A DNA stretch of 64,000 nt from Amphiscolops sp. MND2022 (taxonomy: Eukaryota), in the NCBI GenBank assembly GCA_964187785.1, contig OZ076409.1:45572001-45636000 (forward strand), given 5' to 3'. Shown here one piece after another: positions 13,101 through 27,011 of this stretch. Positions within the stretch are counted from its first letter, which is position 1, and each line of letters opens with the position of its first letter. The translations under genes were made by a program, and so were the position numbers. The notes beneath the pieces are model-generated. The model was not told the origin of the DNA. It saw only the letters and a list, made by a program, of their open reading frames with translations, and did no database searches.

Positions 13101-16100
13101 ACTGAGGACTGTACCAGTTAGTGAGCATTGTAAACAAGCCATCCTTCGAGCGAGCAAAAACTTATATTCTTGGTCAGATGTAGGTTGTAAACCTAGTGAC
13201 AATGTAACAGGTGCCTCATTATGTTGTAAATTTTCGTTTGGTGTGTGTAATTGTGATCTAAACCATCGAAAGGTTTTATTGGTTCAGAAATTGATGTTGA
13301 AGGATTTATATATGTTGGGTTTGAAATGTAGAATTAGGTAGTGTGGGTGGAGGAACTGTATTATAGGTAGGTGTGTTCGAAGGGTTTGGAGGTATATTTT
13401 GCAAGTTTGTAAAAGGTTGAGTGTATGTAGTATTATTATAAGGGTTAGTTCCAATCGTTGTAGAGAAAAAAAATTGATGTTTGAAAATGTGTGTTTTGTA
13501 ATATATTTCTTGACATATTTGATGATTGAAGTGTTGTAGAGGGATTTAGAGTGTTTAATTGATTATCACTTGTTGTAGAGTGTTGTCAACTATTGTGGTT
13601 AGTACTTGTAAGACTATATGACAATGGGTCAATTGGAATGGTATGTAATGGAGGCCTAGAAAGATTTCGAGAGGTAGTGTGATTAGATAGTGTATTGGAG
13701 TGAAGAGTGTTGATGGTTAAACCAGGTTGTATTTTTTGTGTTTGTGTATTTTGAGCTGGAGTGTACGTTAGAGTTTGTACACTTGGTTGTCTTGTTAGGG
13801 TGGTTTTTTGAAATTGTACTGCAGGTTGAAGTTATGTATCAGGGCCATTTTTATTAGAAGAATTTTGTGGTGGGGTTTTATGTAAAGTATTATAAGTAGC
13901 AAATTGTGGCGGAAGAGGAGGTGGATCATAATTTCGAGGTGACGGTGGTTGTGTTTGAGATGGTTGAGTTATATTACGGTTCGCAGTGGATATTGAGGAG
14001 GGAATTTCCTGATTTGAATTGGTATTTGTATCATTTTGGTTGAGATCGAGATTGACATTTTGAGTTATGTTATGTATAGTAATTTGTAAAACATTGGAAT
14101 CAGTAGGCATTGTAAAACTTTGTGTAGTATTGATGATGACATCAAAGAGTTCTGAAATCTCCTGTACTGTAGTAGTATCAGAGAGATCTGGTAAGTTTTG
14201 TAGTGTGGCTATATTTTGTTGTTGATCAGGTATTGTATTCAATTGTTGAGGTTCTGAATCGTGAAATTTTTCTGTTTTGTCATCTTGATTGGATTGTAAA
14301 AAACTTTGATCATATTCTTCAAAGGTAGGGTCAGAAACGACGTTTGATGTAGTATACGGTCTAATATCAGATGTCTCAGAATGTTCTACTATAAAATTTT
14401 TATCATATGTAAAGATTTCAAATTAGTTTGTATTGAGTGAAGTGAGATCTCTCTAATGGAACTGTTTATTTCTATTATTATTAATACATAGTAGGAGTTC
14501 AATTTCTGTCAATACTTGGGGGAAATTAATATACGCTTTTTGATCTTGTTGTTCCCATAATAAATGTTAACTAAATTGAAGAAATTTTAATGAAAAATGG
14601 GAAAAGGTATCCATTTCAAATGGTTGTGGTATTGTATCTTAATTGAGTATGATGTTCTTCAAAAATCTGTAGTGAAATTGTTTGATTTGTAATATATATT
14701 TAACAATAGTGAGGATTGTCATGTCGTTGTATCTTTGTTTCGAGGTCTGTACTTCAAAGTAGTCATATTTTTGATTGAGATTTTCTAATTGAGAAGGAAG
14801 ATATAGTGGTGGATCTAGATGTTCGTTGTTTTCAAAAAGATTGTTCATATAAGTAACAAAAACATCTTGAACAGATAATGTTATATTTTTTGGATGAATT
14901 GTTCTCTAGTATCTTCCTGTATTTACACCATGGACTGGGTTAAAGATAATTTGAAAAGGAGTTCGTGATTGGGTTATTTCTAATGTTTTGTATCGGAAGT
15001 AATATAGATAAGGATCACAGTGTTCTCTAATTATGGGAATAGTATGTATCGTATGGGCTTCTGTTTCGAATGAAAGTGGATTGGTGTACTGAAAGATTAT
15101 GTTCTTTAGAAATGGTATTACATCTTGGGCAAGAGAACTTACTTGACGTTTTTCAGATGATAAAAAAAATGTGGTAGGAAGCAATGTTCTATTTTATATT
15201 AGTTTGTTGTATGAGTTTAACTTTGAATCAGAGTAACAGGTTTGCCATAGAGGATATATGTACTGTAAAATAGGTTATTTTGTGTTAAATTTGGAGTTAT
15301 ATGGAAGTATTTGATGGTAATTTGAAGTTATAAACGTAACTTGGAGAAGTATTATAAATATTGTACAAATGATTTGTAAGAATTTGTTAGATATAAGATT
15401 AGGAAGTGTACAAAAGGTATGGTAGATACTAAGTAGTTCAAAAAGAAGCAGTGTTATACTTGTAGGAGGAAGCAGTTGTATATTAGAATTTAGGTATAAA
15501 AGGTACTAGAAATCTGTCAAAGAAAAGAGCAAGACCAGCAGGAAGTCCAAAGGAGAACCAAAGGCATATAATGAATTTTACTTTATCATCAGCATTTATG
15601 TAATAGGTTGAAAAATTTATGTTTACAGAAGTTGTAATGAAAGATATGTTAGAATCAGAGTTGTTTTGTATACATTTTGAAATTTTGAAATCATATGTTT
15701 TGTATGATGTTTAAAATAAATAATTTTGTACTACAATGAAATTTTTGTAATATGTTACTATGTGAAAATTGAAATTTTGTACAATATTTGGATATCCGTT
15801 TGACTGTGAAAAGGACTGAAATTTGGAAAAGTTAAAGAGTGTAAAATAGGAAGTGTATATCAAAATTTTGTCAATGTAGAAAAGTGTAGTTCTGTATTAT
15901 AGGTGTGCCAACTTTAAGTTGATCCAAGCGGCTAGAACCAAAGTGTTTTTACTAGCAAGAATCGCTGGATAGCACTGTAGAAGGAAAGCCAACACGTATC
16001 GCACGTCCGCGGTTGGAACGGAAAAGAATATCAAAACGAATCACTGTTGAAGTCGTTAGAACGGAGAAAAAATTACCAACACGAAACACGTTTATGTGGT

Positions 16101-16440
16101 TGGAATAGAGAACTTTTATTACCAACACGAATCACACGGTGGTGGTTGGAACTGAGAAATTTAACTGACAGGAATTACGTTTATTGACGCAGTCAGAATC
16201 AAACACCAACACGAATCAATTTTGAAGAAAATTGGTTGGAACGTTAAGTTAGGAGCGGTAGATGATTAAAAGAGGACGAGAAACGTTGTGTCGAACAAAG
16301 AGATAGCGGATGAGAAAATTGAAGAAGGATGTACATTAAGAGTAAAGTTTTGGTACGGGAGGGAGAGAAAAAGAATATTCGTGATTGCACCAATTGATCT
16401 GTTTAGGATTTGGGTGGTGTTAGATTTTAGTTCTTTTAAT
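10174..16440 (-). mobile_element. Element C: truncated, decayed AT-rich Gypsy-like retrotransposon of a different lineage; interrupted by element B
   Basis: RT remnants (RGFYGPKGLPNFF, LVYIYDILL, FLGHEI) at 10174-10734. Protease-like FLLNSGAS at ~11967-11999. Degenerate knuckle YCHRTSHSISVC and capsid-like LTGTVLSWY..W..F..F at 12528-13202. RH and IN not seen. Confidence 0.8.
15988..16243. repeat. Array of 4-5 CCAACACG...GGTTGGAA stem-loop units in the leader of element C
   Basis: Copies begin near 15989, 16076, 16122 and 16206, with one degenerate copy near 16031. CCAAC and GTTGG are reverse complements. Confidence 0.75.
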
Positions 16441-18688
16441 TGTCGCAGCCCCAGCAGTGCTGCGAGAATCTAAATACAAGAGGAACGCCAAAAAGAGGAA
16501 GTGAAGAAATTGACAAAGAAGAGAAAGAAACATCATCATGAACCTAAAATAAAACAAGCTTCAAAATTAAGAGATAACTATGTAAACAAACAACTGTCAA
16601 TAATACCATTGTGCAGTACCTAAAATACATAAATATGTAAATACTTAAATATTAGTAAGTGCTACGAGAGCTGCGATTTGTTTACAGCAAAACAGCTAGC
16701 GCGTTGACTGAATTCAATTCAGCTAACGCGTCGACTAGGACACCGTCCCAGCAACTGCAGTGAATTTTATTATTTGCCGAGCAACAGCCAATCAGCGTCG
16801 AGCTCAAACAGCACTAACTGAGTAATCATCTTGGTCAACCGTTCAGTCGACCGAAAGCTGGGACGACCGCCCAGTCGCTCAACCGAACAGCTAATAAAAT
16901 AGTGTGAAGTAAATAAAACCCTGTGCTGTTTTCAACACTATGCTGACTTAAAAGAAGTTGTATTATGACTAGAGATACATGTAAAAGGCGAAGCAACTAT
17001 TTGATAATTTGAAATTGGTGCTAGCAAACAGAATTTATAGTGATGAACTGAGTCAACCTCCCAGGCGGAAGACTGAAATATTTTCATTTGAGTCAAACAC
17101 CAGGGCACAGAATTTAGTGTATCCAAACGGGATAAAAGGCGCTGTGAATTTACAAAACATTGGCCCGTTCTTTTATACCAACCAAAAGTAGTACGGTGAA
17201 AATCAACCCAATTGTGCTATTAACCCCCCCCCAAACATTATTTTCAACTCCGCACGCCCAGTCGTTGACCGGGGCAATCAGTAAGGAATTTTAAAAATAT
17301 CTCGGGCAACCAGGAGGAGCGTTTAATTTGTAATCAGCATTTATCCACCAGTTGCAGTCGGAATTTATTTACATTATTTAGTATTAATTGCAATGTAATT
17401 TGTGATACTGTTTGAGTCAACTTCCCGGACAATTGTTTATGCCTCCTCACTTGAGCGAACACTCCGGAAGAACAACCAGTAATTCCCCTTTTGGTGCGAA
17501 ATCATTGACCATCCCAATTGATACTGTTCGTTTCTAGGAAGTATTAATTGTAATCCTATGCAGTACTTATCCAATCCATAGTAATACCCCCCATGCATTC
17601 GTTTTCGTTTGACAAATTGAGTCAACCACCTAGTCTTACGACCAGGCGACCCGAAGTCAAGTTGTTTACCTGGCGTGCGACGAGACTTCTATTGTTTGAT
17701 GTGTTCAAGAAACATTGGTTAGCTACGTGAATTGTCTGATTTAGTGATAATCAGAGCTGCCAATTTATATTTTAGTACACTTTTGTTAATTCGTTGTTAG
17801 AATTTCATTTACTCTTCGATGTAAAATCAGTTCCTTTTCCCGCTTCAGTAGCTAGGTTCATGAATTTTCAGTGCCAACTTTGACTCGGCGTCTTGAAAAG
17901 GCGGGAGATGAAGAAGAAAGGGACGCGGAATTGGGAAGCGGCAGGAAGTGATTCTCGCTTTCACTTGAAAGTGGGATGAAGCCGAATGCCGAATCCCGAG
18001 GAAGCCTACCTTATTTGGATTTTCTCGTCTTGGAAAACACGCCGAGTTGAACGAGGTGTGAATTCACGCGCGGGGTTTTCCCCGCGTGTCTAGCGTAAAG
18101 TATATATACCTGAAGTGGGATTAGGAACGGACAGATTTTATTTTTCCCAATCTTAATAACGTTTGTTATTCACTCTTTGAAATTGTGTCCAACTTTAATC
18201 TTGGATTTTCATTTTTGAACTTTTCACGAATTTGATATTAACCGTATTTGATTTACTAATGAATCAATCAGTTGACTAACTGACCTTACCTAATATTATT
18301 TTCACCCGACTCAATTAAATCTTGTTAACCAGTATTTTCCACATCATGCCGGAAAGGTCTCAGAAACGGAAACTCAGGAGTGACCAGTCGATTAGTCAGA
18401 TAGATGAAGAGATAGCGAGTTCGACTAATGATGAAAACACGCTCCTGTCAGATAGGGACTTTGAAGACATTTCCAATAAAATCGAAAATAAAATTTCCAA
18501 ACGCCTTAGAGACACTGAGTTGAACCAGCTTGAGATTCTAAAGCTGATTGAGAGCTTATCATCCAAAGTGGACAATTTGTCTAATGTGAGTTCAGAACGA
18601 GGTTGCTTGACCGATAGAGTGGAAAACAGCGGAAACTCCGCTGACGAAGTAGAAGAAGTTGATCTCGGTAGAGGTGAATGTTCTAACA
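16441..18688 (+). repeat. 5' LTR of element B (2248 bp)
   Basis: Direct repeat of 32188-34437; TGTCGCAGCC...TTCTAACA; TATATATA at 18101-18108. Confidence 0.97.
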
Positions 18689-19764
18689 TGGTGACAGGAG
18701 TCATTAAGGAACCAATGACCAGCAACAACGCCCATCCCCGATCTTCGAGCCTGCCACCTCCAAACCAGAGGCACTCTGACGAGATTATTGACAAATAACT
18801 GGAATTTCTCTACGCAACGCACAAACAAGCACCAAATCTCCCTCGCTTACCAAAAGCCCTGGCAACAACGATGCCAACGTTCGACGGTAAGACAGAAAAA
18901 TTCGAGCTATTCGAAGACCTGTTCCAAACTAGCTTGAAGGTCCACCCACAAATAACAGAGCAAGAGAAAATACATTATTTTAACTCACTACTGAGAGGAG
19001 ACGCCTGGCAAACTTTTCGGAATATGACCGAAACAACCAAAACCAACATAAACGACATCATAGCCGGTTTCAGAAGAAGATACGTCAAAACACAATCAGT
19101 AACCACAGCCAGGTGCAAATGGGAGAACCTCACATTCGACCCGGCAAACCAAACTTTTCAAGTTTTCTTGGAAACCTACTAGAAACTGGCGCAAGAAGCA
19201 TACGCGGAAGACGCACCTAGATTTATAGAGACCTCGTTCTACGCAGAAATGCCCGCCCACCTCAAAAGAGTATTGAACCATGCTCGCCTTGAAACAGCAA
19301 CATATGAGACAATGGTGCAACACCTGGAGCGAGAGATGAAGCTCAACGGATTGGCAAACCCAGAATCCGCGACATCCACAGGCATACACAACGGAAAACC
19401 AACTAACATCCCCAACCGGGAAAGACCGCCAAAAACCGCGAGTACATGTTTCGGTTGCGGACATCAGGGCCACCTCCTCCGCAACTGTAGGAAGACGAAC
19501 AGAGATAAACGAAGATAAAAAACCCACAACACAAACAACACCAACCCCTGCGAAACTTGTGGTAAACTAAGCCACGAAACCAAGGACTGCTACTCAGGTG
19601 CGAACTGGGCAAACCGCCCAACATGGTGGAAGACACCTAAACCAACAGGCTCGAACAGCATACCTCTACCACAATCAACCACACCCGAAGTTCTGCAACA
19701 ACCCCAAGTAAAACAACAACCACCAGCCGCGATACAACAACCTACCCAGCCAAAAAACTATTAA
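18346..19764 (+). pseudogene. gag: gag of element B (three in-frame stops), starting inside the LTR
   Basis: Single frame from ATG 18346 to TAA 19762-64, interrupted by stops at 18796, 19180 and 19516. Two CCHC knuckles (CFGCGHQGHLLRNC, CETCGKLSHETKDC). Confidence 0.9.
18689..18701 (+). promoter_or_regulatory. Primer-binding site TGGTGACAGGAGT (possibly tRNA-Leu)
   Basis: Immediately follows the terminal CA of the LTR. TGG pairs with the tRNA CCA end. A similar motif occurs in A, D and E. The tRNA identity is inferred. Confidence 0.85.
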
Positions 19765-22700
19765 AGCCACGTCTTCGCTCCGGGGACTACACCGATTTCA
19801 GATATTACACCATCTCTGAACCCCCGAAGGACTTTGATAAAGAATTGTTTATGGAATTCTCTGGAGAACCATCGATCGACTGGCAGCGACGATGGCTCAT
19901 CCGACGTCTCATTAAATTTAACAAGAACACCCTTGACAATATCCCCTACCCCGACTGGTACACCCAAAACCTTACCCACTACAACTCCACCCTTAGACCA
20001 CTACTCCCCAGCGCCACACCCGAAACTTACATTTATGACCCAGACATTGAATGCGACCCGTACTACAACGAAACTCTATACGACACCGAAAACCTCGTCT
20101 TCAGACAATCCATCAATGTACCGTTTCATGAATTCATAGCTAGAATCAACATGGACATCTCAACAACTCCAAAAAGGAAAGACGACACAAGTCATACTCC
20201 CGACCACAGGCTGAAGAAGAACACGACACAGAAATCACAGTGATCGTAACGCCACCAACGACTTCCCTTAAGTCGATACTCAAACATAATAACCAACCAC
20301 CACCGGTTGACTATGAGTCACCCAGGAAACTCCCAGCCACCTCCAACAAAATACGGGCAGCTATGACGTCGTCCCCTCTAGTCCACAGAGTCCTGAACAC
20401 AAATATTCCACCCACGAATCCCTAGCCAACAACAAAGAAGCCGGGGACCCCACAGAGGCAGCCATGCCAACAACAAAACCCCGAACCCGCCGTGTCAAAC
20501 GAACACTCACCTGCAAATTCAACCAAAAGGCAAAAACTAAATCAGCGATAGACAGCTCACCTACCGGCACTCAAACCCCAACCAAAGAGCTATACAACCC
20601 AGAACAAGACGAAGATTGCTTCCACACCAACAAACAACTGAACGAAATCGTTATCACAGATCCAGATACGAGCGAGAAATGCATACCAATTTTCTCAGCC
20701 ATCAACCTAAAAAACAAGTGGAAGATGCTTTTCGCCCCAATGGATTTTAACAATCTATCAGTAGACGCACTAGTTGATTCGGGAGCACTCGTCAACTGCC
20801 TACCAGAAAGTGAATACCAGAAGATCAAATCAGTCAGCCCAGACAACATACTCAAAGAAATGGACCCACCCGCCTTCAAGCTGCAGGTCGCAAACGGCGA
20901 CATAGAAACACCAACGAAAACCGTCCAACTCCAATTCGAATTAGGAGATTGGACGTTTAAAGAGACGTTTTTTGTAGCTACAAAGATGACAGGTCCTATC
21001 CTTGGGCAAACATTCCTGAAAAACAACAGCGCCATCCTAGACGTAAGCCAGGCCCTGCTGCATTACCCACACCTGGCCTACGCAATCGCTGCAGATGACA
21101 ACGAAACAGTTTCAAGACATCACAAGGTAACCATCAAAAACCAACTTACCATCATGCCCGACCAATGCATAACAATTGAAGCTGGCATTAACCTGCGTAC
21201 CATAACAAACACCACAGGAATAATCCATCCCACCGAACAATACTCAGGAGAACACCAAATAGTAGTGGCCAGCTCTCTATCTACGATCTCAAACTCAAAA
21301 ATTGAAATACGGGTCACCAACACATCACCGAATCCTTTCACCCTCAAAAAGAATGCAAACGTCGCGGAATTCACTATACTGTCACCCCAGGAAGCTAAAC
21401 AACTCCATCCATTCAATTCGGCAGCCCTCAAGGTCTTAGCAGAAGACAATACAGAACAGGCTCTCGAATACGTCAATGCACTTCTGAAATCGTCTGAAAA
21501 ACCCCAAACAACTCAAAACTTCTGGTTCCCCACGCCAGATAATCCAGGAGACCCATCGACACACACTCCTATCCAAAGCAGAATCCTCAGAGAGATAGAA
21601 GAACTGGAAAACATCCAGAAACTCAACCCACACAACAGCCCCGAAGATAGAGCAGCCTTCTTAGCCAACTTCAAGTGGACTGATTCTCAACTCAGCGACG
21701 AAGATAAGAAAGACATAGAAGAGACCCTCGTCGAATACAACGACATGTTTGCACCGCCTCGATATTGGAATCAACAATGAATTCAAAACAAAACTCACCC
21801 CCAAATCAGAACAACCCGCGTACACACAAAGTTTAACATGCCCAGTCAATCTGAAGGAGGATTTGATAGTTGAGCTAGCACTGATGCACTATTACGGCAT
21901 CATTACAACTCTCCCCTTCAGCAAGTACGCAAGCCCAATTTTTGCGCAAAGAAAACCTAACGGACGTCTTCGCCTCCTCGTTGACCTGAGAAATGTCAAC
22001 AACCTCATCTCCGACGACTATATAAACAACAACCATCCAGTAAGCACCCTCTCCGACGCTGCGCAGCACTTTGCCGGAAAGAAACTGTTCTGCAAGCTTG
22101 ACTGCTCTCAAGCCTACAATGTCCTGCAAATGGAGGACCAGAAATCCGTGGAACTCCTGGCCTTCAACTTTGCCAGTCGGTCATTCGCCTACCTGCGACT
22201 CGCACAAGGGCTCAGCAGATTCCTCTCCTTCTTCTCGAGCTTTATGCGGGAATACCTCGATCGAGTCATAAAAGCTGAGTGCCCAGTACGTTGACGACAT
22301 CGGGATAGCTACCCATACTGCCGAGGAGCTGAAGAACAACCTGCGTGAGGTCTTTCAGTGCATTAGGGAAGCAGGTCTGCGTCTGACAATGGCTAATTGC
22401 CAGTTCGGTGCCAAGGAAGTCGAATTCCTTGGACGAACAGTCTCACCCGAATGCATTGCCCCACAGCCTCACAAGATCAAACACTACCTGCAAAAACTGT
22501 CGTTCCCGAAAACCAAAAAGGGCCTACAAAGGTACATCGGTTTCGTTAACTATTATCGGAACTACATACCTCGCCTTTCCGAAAAAATCGCACCATTCCA
22601 CGAGTTAGTCAAGGCAGATAAGCCAATCAAGATCACAAACGAGATCATGCAGGCATTCGAAAACATCAACAAGGCCCTGGACAATGCTTGCGGACTATGG

Positions 22701-25700
22701 CTGAAACAACCCTTGCCCAACAAACAATATGTCCTCATGACCGACGCGAACTTCAAGAATGCCGGCTACGCCCTCATGATCGAAGAAAACGCTGACGAAA
22801 AACTGACCTCGGACAAAAAGACATATGACCCAGTCGCGTTTGGATCCAAAACATTCTCGCCGTCAGAAATCAAAATGTCGATATATGCCAAAGAATTCCT
22901 GGCTATATGTTTTGCTTTAATTAAATACAGCCACAACTTGTGGGGATCGACCAAACAAGTCATTGTCCTAACAGACAACAAATCTGTTACACGTTTTTTC
23001 CAAACCAAAATAATACCGCCAGCTTTGTGGAACGCTTGCGATTTTGTCCTACAGTTTAATTTTACAATCGCCCATGTTCCAGGAAGGATGAACACTGCCG
23101 CAGACTTCCTCTCAAGACTTGACCTGGATCCAAAAGAGAAAGTCCAACTACTAATAAGAGACGACATTCAAACTACCCCAATAGAAGTGCACATTCATTC
23201 TTCCAACGTAGCCGAAGAAGAACAATTCTACTTCCTCCCCGAAGACGACATCGAAACAGAGGAGCAAATTTGGGAGAGGAAACAAAGAGCCCGCAAAAAG
23301 ATACAGGAGAACGACACCCCACAAACGCCAGGAGAAGAAATAAACAACAACACAACCCACCATGAAGAAACCACTGTCGTATTTCAAACGGAAATAACCA
23401 GACGTACACAAAACACCGAAGAGAACGAAAGAACCCTCCCCCGTGACATGAGACATCAACAGGACCGAGACAACGTCCTCCGACATTATAAACTACGCCT
23501 ACTCAAAGAACCATATGACGAACACCTCATGGCTACAAACCACAGGGCACTCCAATACACCGCCCAAGAATCCCGGATCATACTCAAAGACTGACTGCTA
23601 TACCGGCAGTATTTCGGACAGACCGGGGCAGTCAAATACCTGCAGGTCTTACTACCAGAACAGTTAGTCGACCCATTTATAGAAGCCCACCACGGATCGC
23701 ACGACAAACATCCTGGGATAACCAAAGTGATACAGCAGTGCAGAGAAAAATACTACTACCCACGCCTTGCAGCAAAAAAAGCCAAACACATCAACCAATG
23801 CGTGAAATGCATGCAAACGAAGCGAACGGATAACCGCCTCCTCACCGCACCGATGATCGACACCTCTAAACTGGCAATGGGACCAGAAGACGCCTTACAA
23901 ATGGATATCGTCCCGTTCGACGAACCTTCCAACGGATTCACAGCAATAGTCACAGCCATGGAAATGTTTTCACGTTACCTATTCACATACTGTGTCACCA
24001 AAATAGACGCAAAGTCAATCGCAAGAGTACTGATAGACATTATGACACGACACGCCTACCTACCTACAACAATAATAACCGACAAAGGAACCCAATTCAT
24101 GTCAGAAGTAGTAGCAGACACCACACGTGTACTGGGAATCCAACTACGTCACGCTACAACAAAGCACGCACAAACGATTCGCATCATGGAATGTTGCCAC
24201 GCATCCCTTAAAGAAGCTCTGAAAATCTCAACGGGAGAAAGACGAACAATGTGGCACCAGTTCGTACCAACAGCCACACTTAACTATAACACAACGTATC
24301 ATTCGGCAATTGGATGTGAACCCAGTCGGGTGTTTCATTGTAGAATACCATACAACGTTCTCGACCTCCAATTTGGCCTTAAACAAAACCAGAAAACAAA
24401 TCCAACAACAGACATAGGCGAAGAAGTTGTCCAAAAGACACGAATGATACATGAATCAGTGAGCAAACACCTCCTCCACTCATACATACGGTACAAAGAG
24501 TACTATGACAAGAAAGCAGCAGCTCACCCATTAACAGCAAACGATTACTGCTATGCCCTACACCCCCAGGCAAACAACCAGGGATCGAAATTACCATTTC
24601 GCGAGTTTTTATGGACAGGACCATTCGTAAAAGTCAAAACTCTCCCCAACAATAACTACCTAATCCGTAAATTCAAACAAACAAAACACAAATCCTACAA
24701 AGGATACGTTTGAAACCATGCCCTACCAAAGACCGTCTGCCAGACATTCAGGTTCAAACAAAGGATTTTCAACAAAACAATGAAGTCGAAATCCTACACG
24801 ATGATTTATACGCACTAGCATGGCAGTCTGGTTTCGAACACTTCGTGATGACACCCGAACGCAACGCGAATAACGAACCTACTATCATATCGACAGACAG
24901 CGAAGACAATCTACAAAATGTTGCCCAGGATGCTGACCCAGACGCCTTTCCAGAAAACCAACCCGATCAACAGGGAACCCAACCCGAACCCGACCCTAAT
25001 CCAGAACCTAGTTCCCCCGGAAAGGAAAAAACAACCTTCGTAGCAACCCCCCTTCAAATTGGAAAAGCGATTATGCTTACTACGACTCTGTGGTAGACGT
25101 AGCCTTCTTCCAACGTAGCCGAAGAAGAACAATTCTACTTCCTCCCCGAAGACGACATCGAAACAGAGGAGCAAATTTGGGAGAGGAAACAAAGAGCCCG
25201 CAAAAAGATACAGGAGAACGACACCCCACAAACGCCAGGAGAAGAAATAAACAACAACACAACCCACCATGAAGAAACCACTGTCGTATTTCAAACGGAA
25301 ATAACCAGACGTACACAAAACACCGAAGAGAACGAAAGACCCCTCCCCCGTGACATGAGACATCAACAGGACCGAGACAACGTCCTCCGACATTATAAAC
25401 TACGCCTACTCAAAGAACCATATGACGAACACCTCATGGCTACAAACCACAGGGCACCGCCCAAGAATCCCGGATCATACTCAAAGACTGACTGCTATAC
25501 CGGCAGTATTTCGGACAGACCGGGGCAGTCAAATACCTGCAGGTCTTACTACCAGAACAGTTAGTCGACCCATTTATAGAAGCCCACCACGGATCGCACG
25601 ACAAACATCCTGGGATAACCAAAGTGATACAGCAGTGCAGAGAAAAATACTACTACCCACGCCTTGCAGCAAAAAAAGCCAAACACATCAACCAATGCGT

Positions 25701-27011
25701 GAAATGCATGCAAACGAAGCGAACGGATAACCGCCTCCTCACCGCACCGATGATCGACACCTCTAAACTGGCAATGGGACCAGAAGACGCCCTACAAATG
25801 GATATCGTCCCGTTCGACGAACCTTCCAACGGATTCACAGCAATAGTCACAGCCATGGAAATGTTTTCACGTTACCTATTCACATACTGTGTCACCAAAA
25901 TAGACGCAAAGTCAATCGAAAGAGTACTGATAGACATTATGACACGAAACGCCTACCTACCTACAACAATAATAACCGACAAAGGAACCCAATTTATGTC
26001 AGAAGTAGTAGCAGACACCACACGTGTACTGGGAATCCAACTACGTCACGCTACAACAAAGCACGCACAAACGATTCGCATCATGGAATGTTGCCACGCA
26101 TCCCTTAAAGAAGCTCTGAAAATCTCAACGGGAGAAAGACGAACAATGTGGCACCAGTTCGTACCAACAGCCACACTTAACTATAACACAACGTATCATT
26201 CGGCAATTGGATGTGAACCCAGTCGGGTGTTTCATTGTAGAATACCATACAACGTTCTCGACCTCCAATTTGGCCTTAAACAAAACCAGAAAACAAATCC
26301 AACAACAGACATAGGCGAAGAAGTTGTCCAAAAGACACGAATGATACATGAATCAGTGAGCAAACACCTCCTCCACTCATACATACGGTACAAAGAGTAC
26401 TATGACAAGAAAGCAGCAGCTCACCCATTAACAGCAAACGATTACTGCTATGCCCTACACCCCCAGGCAAACAACCAGGGATCGAAATTACCATTTCGCG
26501 AGTTTTTATGGACAGGACCATTCGTAAAAGTCAAAACTCTCCCCAACAATAACTACCTAATCCGTAAATTCAAACAAACAAAACACAAATCCTACACAGG
26601 ATACGTTTGAAACCATGCCCTACCAAAGACCGTCTGCCAGACATTCAGGTTCAAACAAAGGATTTTCAACAAGACAATGAAGTCGAAATCCTACACGATG
26701 ATTTATACGCACTAGCATGGCAGTCTGGTTTCGAACACTTCGTGATGACACCCGAACGCAACGCGAATAACGAACCTACTATCATATCGACAGACAGCGA
26801 AGACAATCTACAAAATGTTGCCCAGGATGCTGACCCAGACGCCTTTCCAGAAAACCAACCCGATCAACAGGGAACCCAACCCGAACCCGACCCTAATCCA
26901 GAACCTAGTTCCCCCCGGAAAGGAAAAAACAACCTTCGTAGCAACCCCCCTTCAAATTGGAAAAGCGATTATGCTTACTACGACTCTGTGGTCGTAGACA
27001 CAAGCGGATAA
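19758..27011 (+). pseudogene. pol: pol pseudogene of element B, with the integrase region duplicated
   Basis: PR LVDSGA, RT (21749-22294, frameshifted before YVDD), RH (MTDAN, LTDN) and IN (23727-24713 and 25624-26610). Stops and frameshifts present. Confidence 0.95.
23198..26992 (+). repeat. ~1.9-kb tandem duplication covering the RH-IN linker and integrase
   Basis: Copy 1 spans 23198-25094 and copy 2 spans 25105-26992. The two 328-aa ORFs differ by a few residues. Copy 2 has a 10-bp deletion near 25458. Confidence 0.97.

Noticed and set aside
23198..26992. Assembly artefact explanation for the duplication
   Set aside because: The copies differ by several substitutions and a 10-bp deletion and have a templated junction insert, which favours a real event. 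It cannot be fully excluded without reads.
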